From contig JAHRHZ010000020.1 in NCBI GenBank assembly GCA_024137785.1, forward strand, positions 53,646,551 through 53,710,550: DNA of 64,000 nucleotides, read 5' to 3'. Position 1 is the stretch's first letter. The number at the start of each line of letters is the position of its first letter. This document shows, piece by piece, positions 1 through 13,221 of the stretch. The notes under the pieces were generated by a model, which saw nothing but the letters and a program-made list of their open reading frames with translations, made no database searches and was not told the origin of the DNA. This DNA is from Ginglymostoma cirratum. Taxonomy: Eukaryota. A program made the translations under genes and the position numbers.

Positions 1-66
1 TCCTGCTCCTCTGATGCTGCTTGGCCTGCTGTGTTCATCCAGCTCTACACCTTTTTATCTTGGATT
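1..66 (+). mobile_element. Penelope pLTR fragment (cut by window edge)
   Basis: gatgctgcttggcctgctgtgttcatccagctctacac, as in the other copies. Confidence 0.8.
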
Positions 67-591
67 TATAATGCTCTGCCTTGCATCAAAGGTCATAACA
101 GTAGGTAAATCTTGCTTCAACTACACAGGGTGTTGGATTAGATCACACCTCGGGAACTGATCATAATTGTCTCTCTAATTAAGGGGGATATTTGCATAGC
201 AAGCCATTCAGAGAAGGTGCTGTCAGTTAATTGTGGAATGAAGTAGTCGCCTTCTAAGCAGAAGTTGTGCAGTGTAGTCATAAATTGTTGGAGGTTTAGA
301 AGAATGAAAAGGCGATCTTACTAAAACAAACATTAGATGCGGAGAGGTTTACCCTTCTGCAAGAACCGAGAACTACGCAGAATAGTTTCAGACCAAGAAG
401 TCACCCATTTAAGAGAGATCAGTCTTGGAATCGTATTGAAACCCTGCTCCAGAGAGTTGTGGAAATAGACAAAGATATTTGAACTATAAAAGGGACAGCT
501 CAGCGTGTAATGCAGAACGATGACACTAACATGGTTTCATTTTCCGTATTAGTTCTCGTAGGTCTTAGAGACTTGTGACCTTGCCTTATTC

Positions 592-816
592 ATAAAATGC
601 AAAATTCTATAGATGCTGGAAAACAGAAATCAAAACCAAGTGCTAGAGAAACTCAGCAGTTCTGCAGCACCTACGGAAACAGAGAGAGTCAGCGTTGAGT
701 TCACTAACTCTTCTTTAGACAAAGAAGAATCATATCAGACTCAAAACGCTAACACTAGTTCTCCCTCCATAAATACTAGCACAGCTGCTGAATATCTACA
801 GCACTATTTTGATTTC
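592..816. mobile_element. Older palindromic Penelope-related element (second subfamily)
   Basis: Inverted arms (gtgctagagaaactcagcag / ctgctgaatatctacagcac) around a decayed gaagagtc..gactc.aaacg core. Confidence 0.6.
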
Positions 817-3800
817 ACCTTATCTTGTTCCTTGATGGACAGTGGTTCCCCCCAAGCTATGGAACAGGGTGTCTTCCTTTAATGAAAAGATTTGGTTCCG
901 GTCCTCTGTGAATGTACAGCTAATTATTTAAAATTGCTAAGACAGTTAGGGGTTACGGGAAACAACTGAGACAAAAATGGAGACCAGTTGCTGACGAGTA
1001 ATGATTATTACTGAATAGCAGAGCAGGTGTTAAAACCAGCTGGCCTAACGCTGATCCCACTTAAAGGTCTTTATATGTATCGTTTGATTTCAGTATTTCA
1101 AAAGTCAGTAGTGGCTTCATCGATTACACTCTAACCTCAGAACCAGAAAGTGTCAGGTTTAGGTTCTACACAAAACAGTCAAGGCTGATACAGTTCAGTA
1201 CTAAAGGAATGCAGTACTGGTAGATGGCCATCTTTTGGAATGGGAGGTGAAGCTGAATCCCCATACGTGGATGCAGAAGCTTTTGGTGTTAAGAACAAGG
1301 GAATTATCCATTAATCAAATTAAAATAAAAACTCTTCATTGTCACATTATGGTTTAAAGAGTTTTCTACATTACAATAGTAATCACACTTCAGAGTTTCA
1401 CTTTTTCCGAAAGGTCTTTAAGAGTCCTTCGTGACCACTGGACATTTCCATAATAAAAAGGCAGGCTTATATTTATAATACACTGATTGAGCCCAGACAG
1501 GAGTTTAGAACATTCTTCACAGCCAAAATGATGTATTGTCAGGTGGCAAGGCTGATTTTGGACAAACTTAATATATGTAGCAACATTACCTCTTGCTGTG
1601 AGTAGAAATTCAATTACTTATTCAGTTAAAAAGGACTTCAAGACCCAATTTTGTGTTTTGTTTACGATTTATTGGCCAATGGCTTAAAATTACTTTCAGC
1701 ATCTCACAGAAATTCTTATATGCTTTGCTTTTTTTTAGAAAAGGAAAAAAAAAGGTGTAGATAGAGAGAGGTGAGATAATAAAACATAGTAAAGAATCAG
1801 TAGATGAGGTAGGAGCTGAATAGGGGGTTTAAATGTTTGAGTCAATATCTTTCAACAGCACTGGTTCACGCTTTCAGATATTCTACTTCGGTTTCCTTTT
1901 TGCTTTGCATTATCATCTGTTAGTGATCATACCTACAGAAACCTGTGGAAGCAATGCTAATGGAGAAATTTCAAAGAAACAAAAAGTATAAAAGATAGTT
2001 TAGCCAAGATTTTTTTTTAAAAAAAGAAAGGAGAGTTTTGGCAAATTATTATTTAAATAATAAAAAAGTTGTAAGTGATTTTACTTAGTTTTTTCGCAAT
2101 AAAATCTGGAAGGATTGATCTTCAATTTGCTTTTTCCCTGTCAAAGAGGATCTGCATAATTATTATAACTGAGTACTTTCCACGCTTGTTACCCTAGCTT
2201 TAGTCACCTGCTCCTATAGTAACATTTTTAAAAAAGTAGGCAGAAAAAGAGTGTGATGTAGCCCACTGCCTTTGAAGCACAGAACACAGCCACTTAAATA
2301 ATTACTACAGATATACAAGAAAAGTGACCTACAGTGTTTTTTTTGTCACATCAGTGCTTTAATATGAAAGATTTATGCAGATCTTGAAAAGAAAACAAAA
2401 ATAATGGTCAAGAGAGATGGAGAATATTCTCCTTCTCATGCCACGAAAGGTTGATACTCTGTTCAACCACTTTGATATTCCCATCTTGTGGGAACGTAGC
2501 TAAGCTTTGCTCCAAGTTGCATGCAGTATCCGTAGTTCTTATCTGCTTCGGCTGGTGTAAATTGGGCAAACAGTGAATGCCATGTATCTGAACTCTAGAG
2601 TAATCAAGTTGTAATTCTGGTTGTAATTCAAGTGGAAATTATCACTGGGGATAAAAAAAAATTCACACGGTGGGATCAAACAAGTCTATTACATGATCCA
2701 AGCTCAAAACTTGAGCAGGTCAAAGAATAAACCACCAAAATCAAAAAGTATAACCAACCCTTCAGGAAAACGCAACATCCGATGCGAGAAGAGGTCCGGC
2801 CAGAAAGGACTAGACTAGGAATGCTGAAACTCTGAAAAGGGCCAGGAGGCAGTTTTGCTTACAGTTCCTGAACCTACAATATTGTTTAACCTCACAGTAG
2901 CCGCTTGCATATTCATAGCTTTAATTGAGAGCAGAGGTGCTTCACTGAAGCAAAACAAAGTGACTGTGGCACGAGAAGATAGTGGATCAGATTACCGAAA
3001 GAAAAACAAAGGTATTCAGAGCCAGGATAAGCTCAGAAAAAAAAAAGTGCAATGAATATATTTTCTAGGCCCTTCAGCCTGGGGGGTCTAGAAAACTGCT
3101 GGCACAGGCAATGGTGGAGAAGTTATAATTGGGAATGCACACAAGGCCAAAATCAGAGCCTCGAGTCCGAGGGAGATGATTTTTCAAAGATCTCCTTCCT
3201 GTCTCTAAAGGCATCATTACTTTCACAAACTGTTGCTTCACCAGAACCCAATGTGGGCTGGTGAACTAATGGGTTATTAGTGAAAAGCGGTGGGGTTGTG
3301 GGGGAAAAAAAGAGAGAGAACGTGCTAGGAGTAAAAACTGAGCAGAGGGATTTTAGACAAGTTCCAATTTCCGGATGGCAGAATGCAGGGCACTAGCCAG
3401 GAGTGCAAAGTAGTCAAATCTAAATATTATGAAGAAAGCAGGATTTCAGCAGATGAGCAAAGTCAGATAACCTTACGGAGGAAACATGCAGTCTTCGTCG
3501 TGGTGCAAAATTAAGGCAGAAGCTCAGTCAATTCGGACACCAACTGCTGTGAACAAAGTGGCTTCCTCTCAGACTGTTGCCAGGGAATAATGGAAACTGG
3601 CTTCCGTTGTTCCCTAGCAACAGTCTGAGAGGAAGCCAGCATGGCTCCCATCTTCCCAGTATTTCTATTCTAGAATATTTATCCCTCCACACCATGGTAC
3701 AAATGAAATGTGTAGCACTCTAGGGGAAAGTCGCTGAAGACTTAGACCAGGATAACAAACCCACAGATCCAACACATTCAGTCTACAGCAGTAGTGAGGT

Positions 3801-4589
3801 TGCATGAAGACAATTCACGTCTACGTGGGCACTACCCTATGCACCCTCTGATAGTAATGGGTGAAAAAAAAATTAAGTCTCAAATTATCCAAGCTCACCC
3901 TTTACAGACATTACCCAAGCTAAATATAACCTTAGAACGAACAAAGAATTGCAAAGCGTGTATGCACATATCAAGTATGGAAACGCGTCAGTCAATGTTG
4001 ATGGGCAACAATATCACCACGCAAGTTTGATTTCTACCTTTCACTCAGGTGAACACAAGTACGAGAATCACAAAGCTAAACATTTATTTTCTCCCCCAAC
4101 CCCCACCACAACCACCACCCTCCCCCTGCCCTTTGCAGGCTTTCCCACAACTTTGTAAGAACCAAAAAAAGACCGGAAGGTTGCCCTCCAATAGATCATA
4201 GCATCATATCTGCATGCCTACTTCACACATTTTCAGAGGTGGATTGGAGAGACACAGAACATCAGGTTCCATATCACTTATTCTCAAATCCAAAACTGAA
4301 AAGGAGTCTTTTTTAATCTGGGGAATAGCGGAAGACAAAGGAAAGGGTGGTACAACAGCAACAGTTGTTTTCTGCAGCATGATGAGGTGCTAATCGCCAG
4401 TGGGCTCGAGGGAAAGTTGCACCTCCTGTGGAAGCCCAGGTACAAAACGCAAGGGAGTTGGGAAGAACATGTGACTAGCTATTCACTTAAGGTTTAAACC
4501 TCAAATTCTGTGCTTATTGGAGCTAGGACTTGATGTTGACACTATGCAAAGGGACAAAGTTAAGAAAAAAAAATACTTTCAAAAAGGAA

Positions 4590-4872
4590 GACAGCATCAC
4601 TGGCCAGCATTTATTGCCGTGGGGATAGTTAAGAGTCAACCACATTGTTGTGGGTCTAGTCTCGTGTGTCTGATTAGGTAAGGGTGGCAGCTTCCTTCCC
4701 TAAATGACATTAGTGAACCAGATGGGTTTTGCAGGACACCGGATTTACGGTCATCATTAAACTCCTGTCCAGATTTTTACTGAATTCAAAATTCCATCTA
4801 CTGTGGTGGGATTTATACCTAGGTCTCTGGATTAACAGTCCAGGGATGATGTCACTAGGCTGTCACCTCCCT
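4590..4872 (-). mobile_element. SINE of the same family as 63299-63655
   Basis: Reverse complement aligns by eye along its length with the 63.3-kb copy. Confidence 0.78.
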
Positions 4873-5894
4873 GCAAGGTGATATTAGTTAATATTCATCA
4901 AGTGCCGGAGTCTGGGCTAGTCAAGGAAACTTAAAGGAACAGGCAGATGCTAACTAACTCCTCAAAGCTGACAACTAAAGCTCTATGAACAGTAGGACAC
5001 CGAGAAGCAGGACAGGTGGATAAAGGAGTTAACCCTAACCTGATCCCTTAGAACATTATTTACATCTACCAGTGGTGGAAGGAAGTTGCTTTTGGTCTTC
5101 GAGGAAACTTTGCCCTACGTCTATTTTGGATACTTGTCTTTGTTAGGGAGAGGGTTTCAGAGTGGAGATTATCTGGGACCTGTATTGCAACTTTGGTCAG
5201 GGACTAGCTAGAGTATTGTGTAGTTCTAGCATCCAAATAAGCAAGGATGTGGCAGGCAGGGGGGTTGTAGAGGAAGTTTACCAGGATATTTTGATTCAGA
5301 GTTTGGACTGACAGGGTGTTTTCCCTTAGTGAAGGGATGACATGTAAAATTGAGGGACATAAATTGAGGAAACTTTGCCCTAAGAGCAAAAGCAACTTCG
5401 TTCCACCAATGGTAGATGTAAATAGTGTTTTAAGGTGAAGATGCCCACTTCACTTAAAAGTTGGGCAAGCCTAATGGTTTCCAGCATAAAGAGAGCACTT
5501 GACTATCCCACAATCATTGTGCAGTCAAGAACAAAAATAAAATCAGCTTTTTGTAACAAGTTACTTTGGAGGTTTAGATACTAAGTGACCAGTCTTCTAT
5601 TTGGAATGGATTAGTACAGAAAAGTTAGACAACTTGAATAATGTCAAGTGCAACTTAACGTGCATCATCATTTATCCTAACATGACTTTGGAAATTCGTT
5701 CACTTGACATGGAGCAGAGAACCAGAGAACCTTTATAACTAAGGACGAATTAGTTGAAATATCCAACATAGGAACATTTTAAGTCCCTGTAAGTGATTCC
5801 TTAGCATAATCAGCCAGACACAGCCATCACAAACTGGTGGCAAGTCTACTTGTGTTAGTGTTGAGTTGTAAAACCCAAGGGCCAAAAAGTGACC

Positions 5895-6330
5895 CTCAGT
5901 CATACAACATGGAAACTGAGCCTTCAGTCCAACTAGTCTATGCTGAACATAATCCCAAACTCAGTTAGCCCCACCTGCCTTCTCCTGGCCCATATCCCTC
6001 CAAACTTTTCTTATTCGTGTACTAATGCAAGTGTCTTTCATGTGACACACAAGCCACCCTCTAAAACATTTGCCCCATGTGTTTTTAAAAATATCCTTCT
6101 CACCTCAAGTGTGCCCCTTCGTCTTAAAATCCCCAACCCAGGGAAAAGACTACCAGTGATTCTATCTATACCCCTCTTTTCACTTGAGCACAGGCGTTTG
6201 AGGTGACCTTGCTGGAGGTCTAGAAAAGTCCTGCCTTTCTTTGTAACAACCCTTCCACACCTGGCAATACCCTGGTAACTCTCTTCTCAATCCTCTCTAG
6301 CTTATATTGCATCCTTCCCATAACAAGGCA
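5895..6330 (-). mobile_element. CR1 LINE 3' fragment
   Basis: Similar to 49570-50230. Confidence 0.7.
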
Positions 6331-7506
6331 AAGCACTCAGAGCAACTAAGTAAAATTTAAAAGCAGGTGGGATACTTGTCAGAGCATTTTAAAATGCCAT
6401 TACAAACATTTATGGTCAAGCTGGCAAATGTTTCTCTCTCTCTCTCTCTCTCCTCCCCTCCCCAAATGGAAGTAGATTCCAGTTTTACGAAGTTACTAGT
6501 GAAGAAAGAAAGACTTAACTGAAGCTGTTTTATAAACAGTGATTTGAAAGCTACTGAAGCCCATGTGATGCTTGCTTTGGGAAGGATTTTCACACTTGTG
6601 TTAAACTACCTTTACCATCTTTCAAAAAAAAAAAGCCACTGAAGTTACACCTTCTCAGTCAAGATGTTGTTTAATTAACATTTCCATTCTAGTTTGGAAG
6701 AGATTTTCCCCTAAAAAGTTCTAAATATATCTTTGATACTGAACATTTTCCACACATTAAATTTAGTGTTTCAAATCCTTGAAACAAGTAACCGGATATC
6801 ATCTTTTGGAAGATTTGAGCATGCACTGAACAGCAAAGGTATACATCTTAGCCCTAAATGGTTGGGGCAGTGGATTGAATTAACTCTTTGCTCATCTATT
6901 AACCCCAAAGTCTAAACTAGTATTGAAGACTAAGTCTAATCTTTCATCAATTTCAACATACAGATTCACTGTGGGGTAAATTTCAGCATCGAAAGTCCTT
7001 TTGAGAAGCTCATGCAATAATGCAGTTTGGTAATTGTGGAGAAATGCAAGCATTCTCCAATAATGAGGATCTTTGGCTCTGGTTCAGTTTTTACCATTTC
7101 AATTTCTCCATCTCCACAAAATTGAAAAAATTCAACCCCATTTGATAAACTGCTTTAGGAATTTGCAGGAAATGTTGACCCATTGGCAAATTGAGTGTTT
7201 TATTGATTAGTTATCATTAGATTTAATTTTCAAAATCAAATTTCAGAAATGCTGCCAAAGGCTAGTCAACAAGACTGATTCTCAGGGAAAGTGAAATGTT
7301 TAAAAAGTAAAATTGAAAAAAGTCAGTTAACATTAGTTATGAAGGTGCAAAATATTCCTTAATCATTTGACTTGTGCTGATAAGTATTTCTGCAGCAAAA
7401 CACTTTCACTTAATATTTGCAGGGTTGTCAACTCAATTCTTAGAATGCACAAGAATTTAGCAGCTATACTGTCCATTCAAAACACCAACCAACAGTGCAG
7501 AATATC

Positions 7507-7512
7507 TTTATT
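7507..7512 (-). terminator. Candidate CAPRIN2 polyadenylation signal AATAAA (second candidate at 7199-7204)
   Basis: First AATAAA on the minus strand, ~300 nt after the stop codon. Confidence 0.5.
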
Positions 7513-7806
7513 GAGGCACCATGAGGCATTGTAAATAGCAGGATATCTTGCTAAGGGAATCTATCCATTTCAACAGTCACAGAAAGTTGTCTTTGACTGA
7601 CAAGTGCAAGTCATAACATTCTGTAACAATATATTCACAACTCTACCAGCAAGGCATCACAGGTTAAAGTGCCCAGTCAGTGCAAACCCAAATTCCAGAA
7701 AACCACTGCAATAGTTTAACAAGTCATCTCTGGCAACTCGCTTCAGTGACCCTTAAAGATACAGTGATCAGAGTGCAAAGCATTTTAGCTATTTAAGCAC
7801 ATTGTT

Positions 7807-8399
7807 TCAGTCCTGATACAAGAGGTAGCCAGAAAAGGTAGAGTACTTCCAACTGCTACCGTAGATGGCACCTCTGTGCAATCGAAGCCAGATCTGATCT
7901 CCCTGGAAAAGCTGCAGAACAGCATGGTTGCTGGCAGTCTCGTGATCTGGAGCACCATCATTGGCATAAGCTGAGCACAGGACTTCATCGTTTTTCATGA
8001 GGTTTACATAGAGTGGAACATTCACAGCTAGCTTCAGCATGTGAAAGATGAAGACATAGGTGCCATTCACAGGGCAGGTAAATCGCCCCAATTGAAAATC
8101 AAATGTTTCTCCAAGGTTATTGAGTAGAAGGTCAAAGATAATGGGCTGGTCCAGGGATCCAGGGGTAAAGTTAGAGGTCCTTGCAGTGGAGAAGGCCACT
8201 CTCATCTGCTGAGGAAGAGGGTAGACATGTACAGGCAAGAGGGTGGCAGCTTGACCGGTCCCTGGCACATCCACTGGAGTAATGCTTCGCGAGTCCCCTT
8301 GTCCAGAATCCCCACTGTTGTTGAAGTGCTCACTGTCTTGCTCTGGACTGCTCATCTGAGATGAATCGCTCCACCCTGCAGTTGAGTAATTAGGACCTG
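7807..8399 (-). CDS. CAPRIN2: CAPRIN2 last coding exon with C1q domain (GWSDSSQ...MRVAFS...FSGYLLYQD*)
   Basis: C1q signature (VAFS, GRFTCPVNGTYVF, LQLFQGDQIWL, FSGYLLY); in-phase acceptors at 8399, 8396 or 8375; TGA at 7809-7807. Confidence 0.95.
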
Positions 8400-11300
8400 C
8401 TAAAGGTTGAAAAATCTTCCACTCTGCTAGACAAGGCAATAATCACATTCTGATCTAAAAGAGGTTAACCCAAAAAGCAAAGAAAAAAAAACTACCATTC
8501 CTCCACCACCCAAAACCTTGCCCACCAACCACACCCCCCAACCCTGACAATCAAAACATGATTGCTCACAAGACTTTAAAAGACATCTTTCAGAAGCAAA
8601 GCACTAAAAACTCCTTTTGGTAAATCAGAGTCTTGCAAAACCCAGAATGCAACTTTAAAACCCCTGTTCATGGTTTACTTCTTCCATCTTGCACCATACT
8701 AGAAAATTCAGTGGTCCCCTCACTGGGTTCATATTAGCTAATTCTAGGAAGATGTGCATTGCCATTCAAATTTACATCTAGGGGTTCAGAGGTCACAAGC
8801 AAGCAGCATGTGACCAATTTGCAGAACTTGGCTTTATGGAGAATACTACTGAAACTCATCTTAACCTGCATTTTAACAGCTGTTCAACTATGGAAGTTAC
8901 TTTCAAACCAAGCTGTATACTAGCAGTTTATTTAGTAGAATGAGGGGCAGTGAGTGTTAAAATGGTCCCCCAGACACCTCAAATACTGGGGCCAAATGCT
9001 GTGGCACATCACAAACTGGAGAAATTAAGTATTTCTCACTAAGCAGTCAAGAACATTCTGCTGGACAATACCCCAACTGGAAACCATTATTTCCCTGAAG
9101 TATAAAAGTAATCCCACACATCTCTAGGCTCATTCGAAAGAAATTACTTTTATGTAAAATTATAACTTAGAAATTTAATATGCATTATGAATGAAGAGTG
9201 ATAATTTGAACGCTAAAAGGGTTGGGCAGGGACAAAACTTCTAAAGTCACACTAAACAAGTTTATAAGGCAGCCATTAACTGATGGTGATCAAAGTTTTT
9301 AGTTGGCTTCAGGTAGAGAGTAAGAGAAAGATGCAGGCAAGCCACAATCCAAAGCTACAGTGCATTACCAGTTGAGGCAACAATTAAGATTCAACTAAAC
9401 AGCTCATATCCTAAGCTCAGAAAGCAGCACTGGAAGAGTTCAAGAATAGCAATACTTGTGAAAACTTAAAAGAGTTCAGTATCGAAGAAATCAGAGCCAA
9501 AAACAAACCGGCAGCTCTTTCAAAAAGAAATCAGTTCAGCAACTTTACTGGACTGCATCACTTTTCATCTAAAGTAATTGCCAAAGTCGTCCCAATTGAT
9601 CAGATGAAAGCCACAAGATCCAACTTCATCTTTGCTTCAAAAGAAATCTGTAGCTCCCCATCCACACAGTAGGTATGCTGAGAAGTTGATGGATTCTTAA
9701 ATCATGATGATGAAAGCTTATAGCTCAGATTCTAAAACAGACATGCATTACCTTATTCAAGAACGGTGCACATACTAAGTACACAGCAACTCCTGGAAAG
9801 ACTGAAAATCCTCAATTGGCAGTCTTGATCTAGCCACGATAAGATTCGAACTTAGACTGTGTCAAGTTAAGTAATCCATCATGGATTTAAAAGTGTGCAG
9901 GACCAAACAGGGGTTTCGTTTCTTTGATACAAATGCACACTACCCTGTACCTTCAGAAGAGTTCTACCACTACAACTTGGATTCCAAACTTTGGTGACTG
10001 AAGTACTTCTTCAGAAGAGCTCCTCACCCTTAAAGAGAAAGGAAACTAACATGTGGAGTAGACAACATAACAGTCCTGTTAGTGATGGAATTCTGGGCTC
10101 AATTACAAAGAAGTAAACGGACTAATTTTCAGGCCAGGACAAAAACTGTACTACAATTCCAAGGCACAGGCTATTTCAAAGAAGGATGTTTAACGTGTAT
10201 TTACCGACAAGTCCGATAAGTCACAAATGCCCTGGTTGGTAGGTGAAATTCCAACAAAACCCTGTTTACTAGGGGACCATGGGGAAGACAGCACGCATGT
10301 GTCTGGCTGGCATCTCGAACCAGCTTTGAGATTGTTCAGCTAAAAAGAGTTAAATAGCAAGATGGCCACACTAATACAGGTAAAGCTGTCCAAACAGCTG
10401 GAGGTGTAAACCTTGTGATGCCAACAAATTCCATTGTGGAATCTCATGTTACAAGTCAGCTAGCTCGTATTCCAATTGCGTATGGATGGTATTCAATATC
10501 TCAATGGTCAAATTAGCAGCATTTAAATATCCAGAGTTTGATGAATCAATTCTCCTGTAGTTTGGATTACAGATAATTCACTGAAATGTAGTACCATCCT
10601 CACACTGAAGGCGCTTTGTAATTCAGTTGGAGAAATAATATCTTGTCCAAGGTCAATTTTTTAGTCATTTGCCTAGAAATTAGATACCCTAATCTCAGAC
10701 AGAAAGGTGAATCAATCAGGGATCTGCATTAACAGCAGGGCTTACCATGCAAGTCCAATTTGGACACTTATTTGAGACATGAGTGGTTCATCCTTAAACA
10801 TGCCAGACTTCTGTATCCTTAAAACTGCTTCAAATTGCATAGAAGAAAAAAAACAAGTAGAAATGCCAAGGCAACAACTGGCCATATGAATATAAATAGT
10901 TAATTAGATATCCAGTGCCCAAGTCTACAATTGGGCAACTAAGAAATATCAAACTCAGCTGTTATTCTGTACATTTATTGTTCAAATATATAGTTCAGTC
11001 AAAGTCTAAATACTCCCATAAACCATTCCTAGAGTGGGAATTGTGAAAGCCATAGATAGAAGCAAGAAAGCAAGCTGCTACCAAACTCTGTGCCATCATC
11101 TAAGTGCACAGTTAAAGGCAGAAAGCTGGCCTCTAAAGGCCTGTTTTTGAAGTGTTTGTAGGAAAAGACAAAGGTTTCTTGGTGTTGATCTTGAAATTAA
11201 GGGAAAGTCTTTCAGGCAAGGGCACTCAACTAAAAACGCAACTAGAGCCGCTGCCCAAAATGAAGGCAGTAAGTATTGGAGGTACCACTGTGCCCAAACT

Positions 11301-12266
11301 AGTGACAAGTCAAAATCCAACTTAGGTGTTGGCTGATAAACAGGAAGCTTGGTATACTCAAGGATGAAGTGATACCACGAGACAAAGTGTCAATGCAGAT
11401 ATTCCAAGCAAATGGAAGCCAATAAAACGGACATGACATTTGCAGACTCCAGTTGTCTCAAACCGCAGCCTGATTTTCTTCATGGGTTTCATGTTTGAAA
11501 GAAGAGTTTCACTAATCTAAGCAACAGTCATATGCACATTAAAGATTATTCACTACTTAATCCAGCATTAGTTTTCCCCAGCTCCAGATGAAATAAAACC
11601 ACAATGGGAATAAACCAGATTGGTCCCATTTACAGCTTTACTAAATGAGTAGTGTTTCTTTTAGAACAAACTTTCAACTGTCATCTCAGCAATATCTATT
11701 CAAGTTGGAGTCTAAGCACTAATGAATTCCTGTTAAGGAGGAAAAATCCTCAGGTTATTAGGATGCAGCTATGTCTCCATTTCAGCTTTTGTTAATATTT
11801 CAATTCTCTGTAGAATAGATAGCAGGCAAGTGAGAAAACCAGACTGACTTCATATTAGAAGAGAAAGTAGTGCAGTGATCTTTACAAACGATAACTTTCC
11901 TGGGACAGTTTTACTTCACCAATTCCCAAAAGGCTTCTGTATTTTGATGTATGACCTAGCATTGGAGCTCATTGAAACAATGAGTAAGAACTTACATTAC
12001 ACAACGTTTTTGCACAGGGCCACTCAGCAAGGATTAACATGTTGCTGCTGTCACATCCACCCAAAGATACTGCAAGGGTGATAGCAAAAGAAAAACAGCC
12101 TAAAACAACATTAGCCAAAAACTCAATTTGTCCTTTTTCAGGAAGGATTTGGAACTGCACTGCTCAGTTACCGTATGTTAATAAACAGCCTCAACCTATT
12201 TAGGTTTGGCTATAAAGCCATTAATATGGTTCTTTAACTTTAGTCCCAAGAATAATGCATAATTAC

Positions 12267-12333
12267 CTCCTCTCATTGTCCCACGAGGCCCAACTCCTGT
12301 GCCACGTTTGTAGCCCTGTTGGTATCCGGACTC
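12267..12333 (-). CDS. CAPRIN2: CAPRIN2 coding exon 18 (ESGYQQGYKRGTGVGPRGTMRG)
   Basis: Acceptor gtctttcag, donor GAG|GTAATT; YQQxYKRG motif; 67 nt. Confidence 0.92.
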
Positions 12334-12666
12334 CTGAAAGACAGCAGACGTTGTAGTCAAAAACCGCATGAGGTACAAGCCCATCCAAAAGATACCACAA
12401 GACTAGACAGCTATAATCTCAAACAGTCCAGTACATTCAGTCAATCTTCACCTCCATCATATCCTACATTAACTTGAACACATCCACGTGTCCGTGCATT
12501 TCAGTTTACACAATGCCTTTAGAGCTGTAAAAACATGGTATCAAAATCTGACAGCAAACCTCAAGACTTATTTGGGCAGAAATGACAAAAAAAATTGGCC
12601 AGGTTAGTCAGTTTAAGTAGCAGAGGGATAAAAGGTATTTAGTGTGAAAATACTATGGCTTAGAGG

Positions 12667-13221
12667 TGTTTTGTCCTGTATTTTTGAAAAGAGGTTTTAA
12701 GACCAAGATTCCAAGCTGTATATTTGAATCCAATGAAGTAAAAACAGCCTGAGGATTTTAAAAAAACAAGTTGCAATAGAAGTAGCCTGCGTGGGTGGGG
12801 TCAAGCTCCCACCCAAACAGGATATTGAGCTCTTTTTTAAAAGAAAAGTTGTTGGGGTCTTGAAGCCAGGTGTGGAAGCTGCTTTCCCTGTTCAGCGACA
12901 AGCTGGGGTTCTCTTCCAGCTGCTCGGCTTGCATGCAAGTCAATCTTTATGACAAATCTTCCTTTGCCAAAAAGGTGTTTATGGGATGTTACCATATTGG
13001 AACAATGAGTGTTCAGTTAACTAATTGATTGCTCTGTTCAGTTAAGTATTCCAATTTCTTTTTGTAGTATTTAACGATAGTGTACGAATAGTGTTTTGCC
13101 TCAGATCTGGTAGTTTCACCAAACTGCATCCAGAACATAAAGCCTGGCCTTTGCCTTCAAAGAAAAAGTCAGGGTCTCAGCTATCTTAATAGCTTGAGGG
13201 GGTTAGGTCTGGTCCATAACA
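12667..13221 (+). mobile_element. Possible solo LTR
   Basis: Starts TGTT, ends ggtccatAACA, ~550 bp; no clean TSD found. Confidence 0.4.

Noticed and set aside
7807-8439. Stand-alone C1q/cerebellin-like gene
   Set aside because: No ATG or signal peptide; it is the terminal exon of CAPRIN2.
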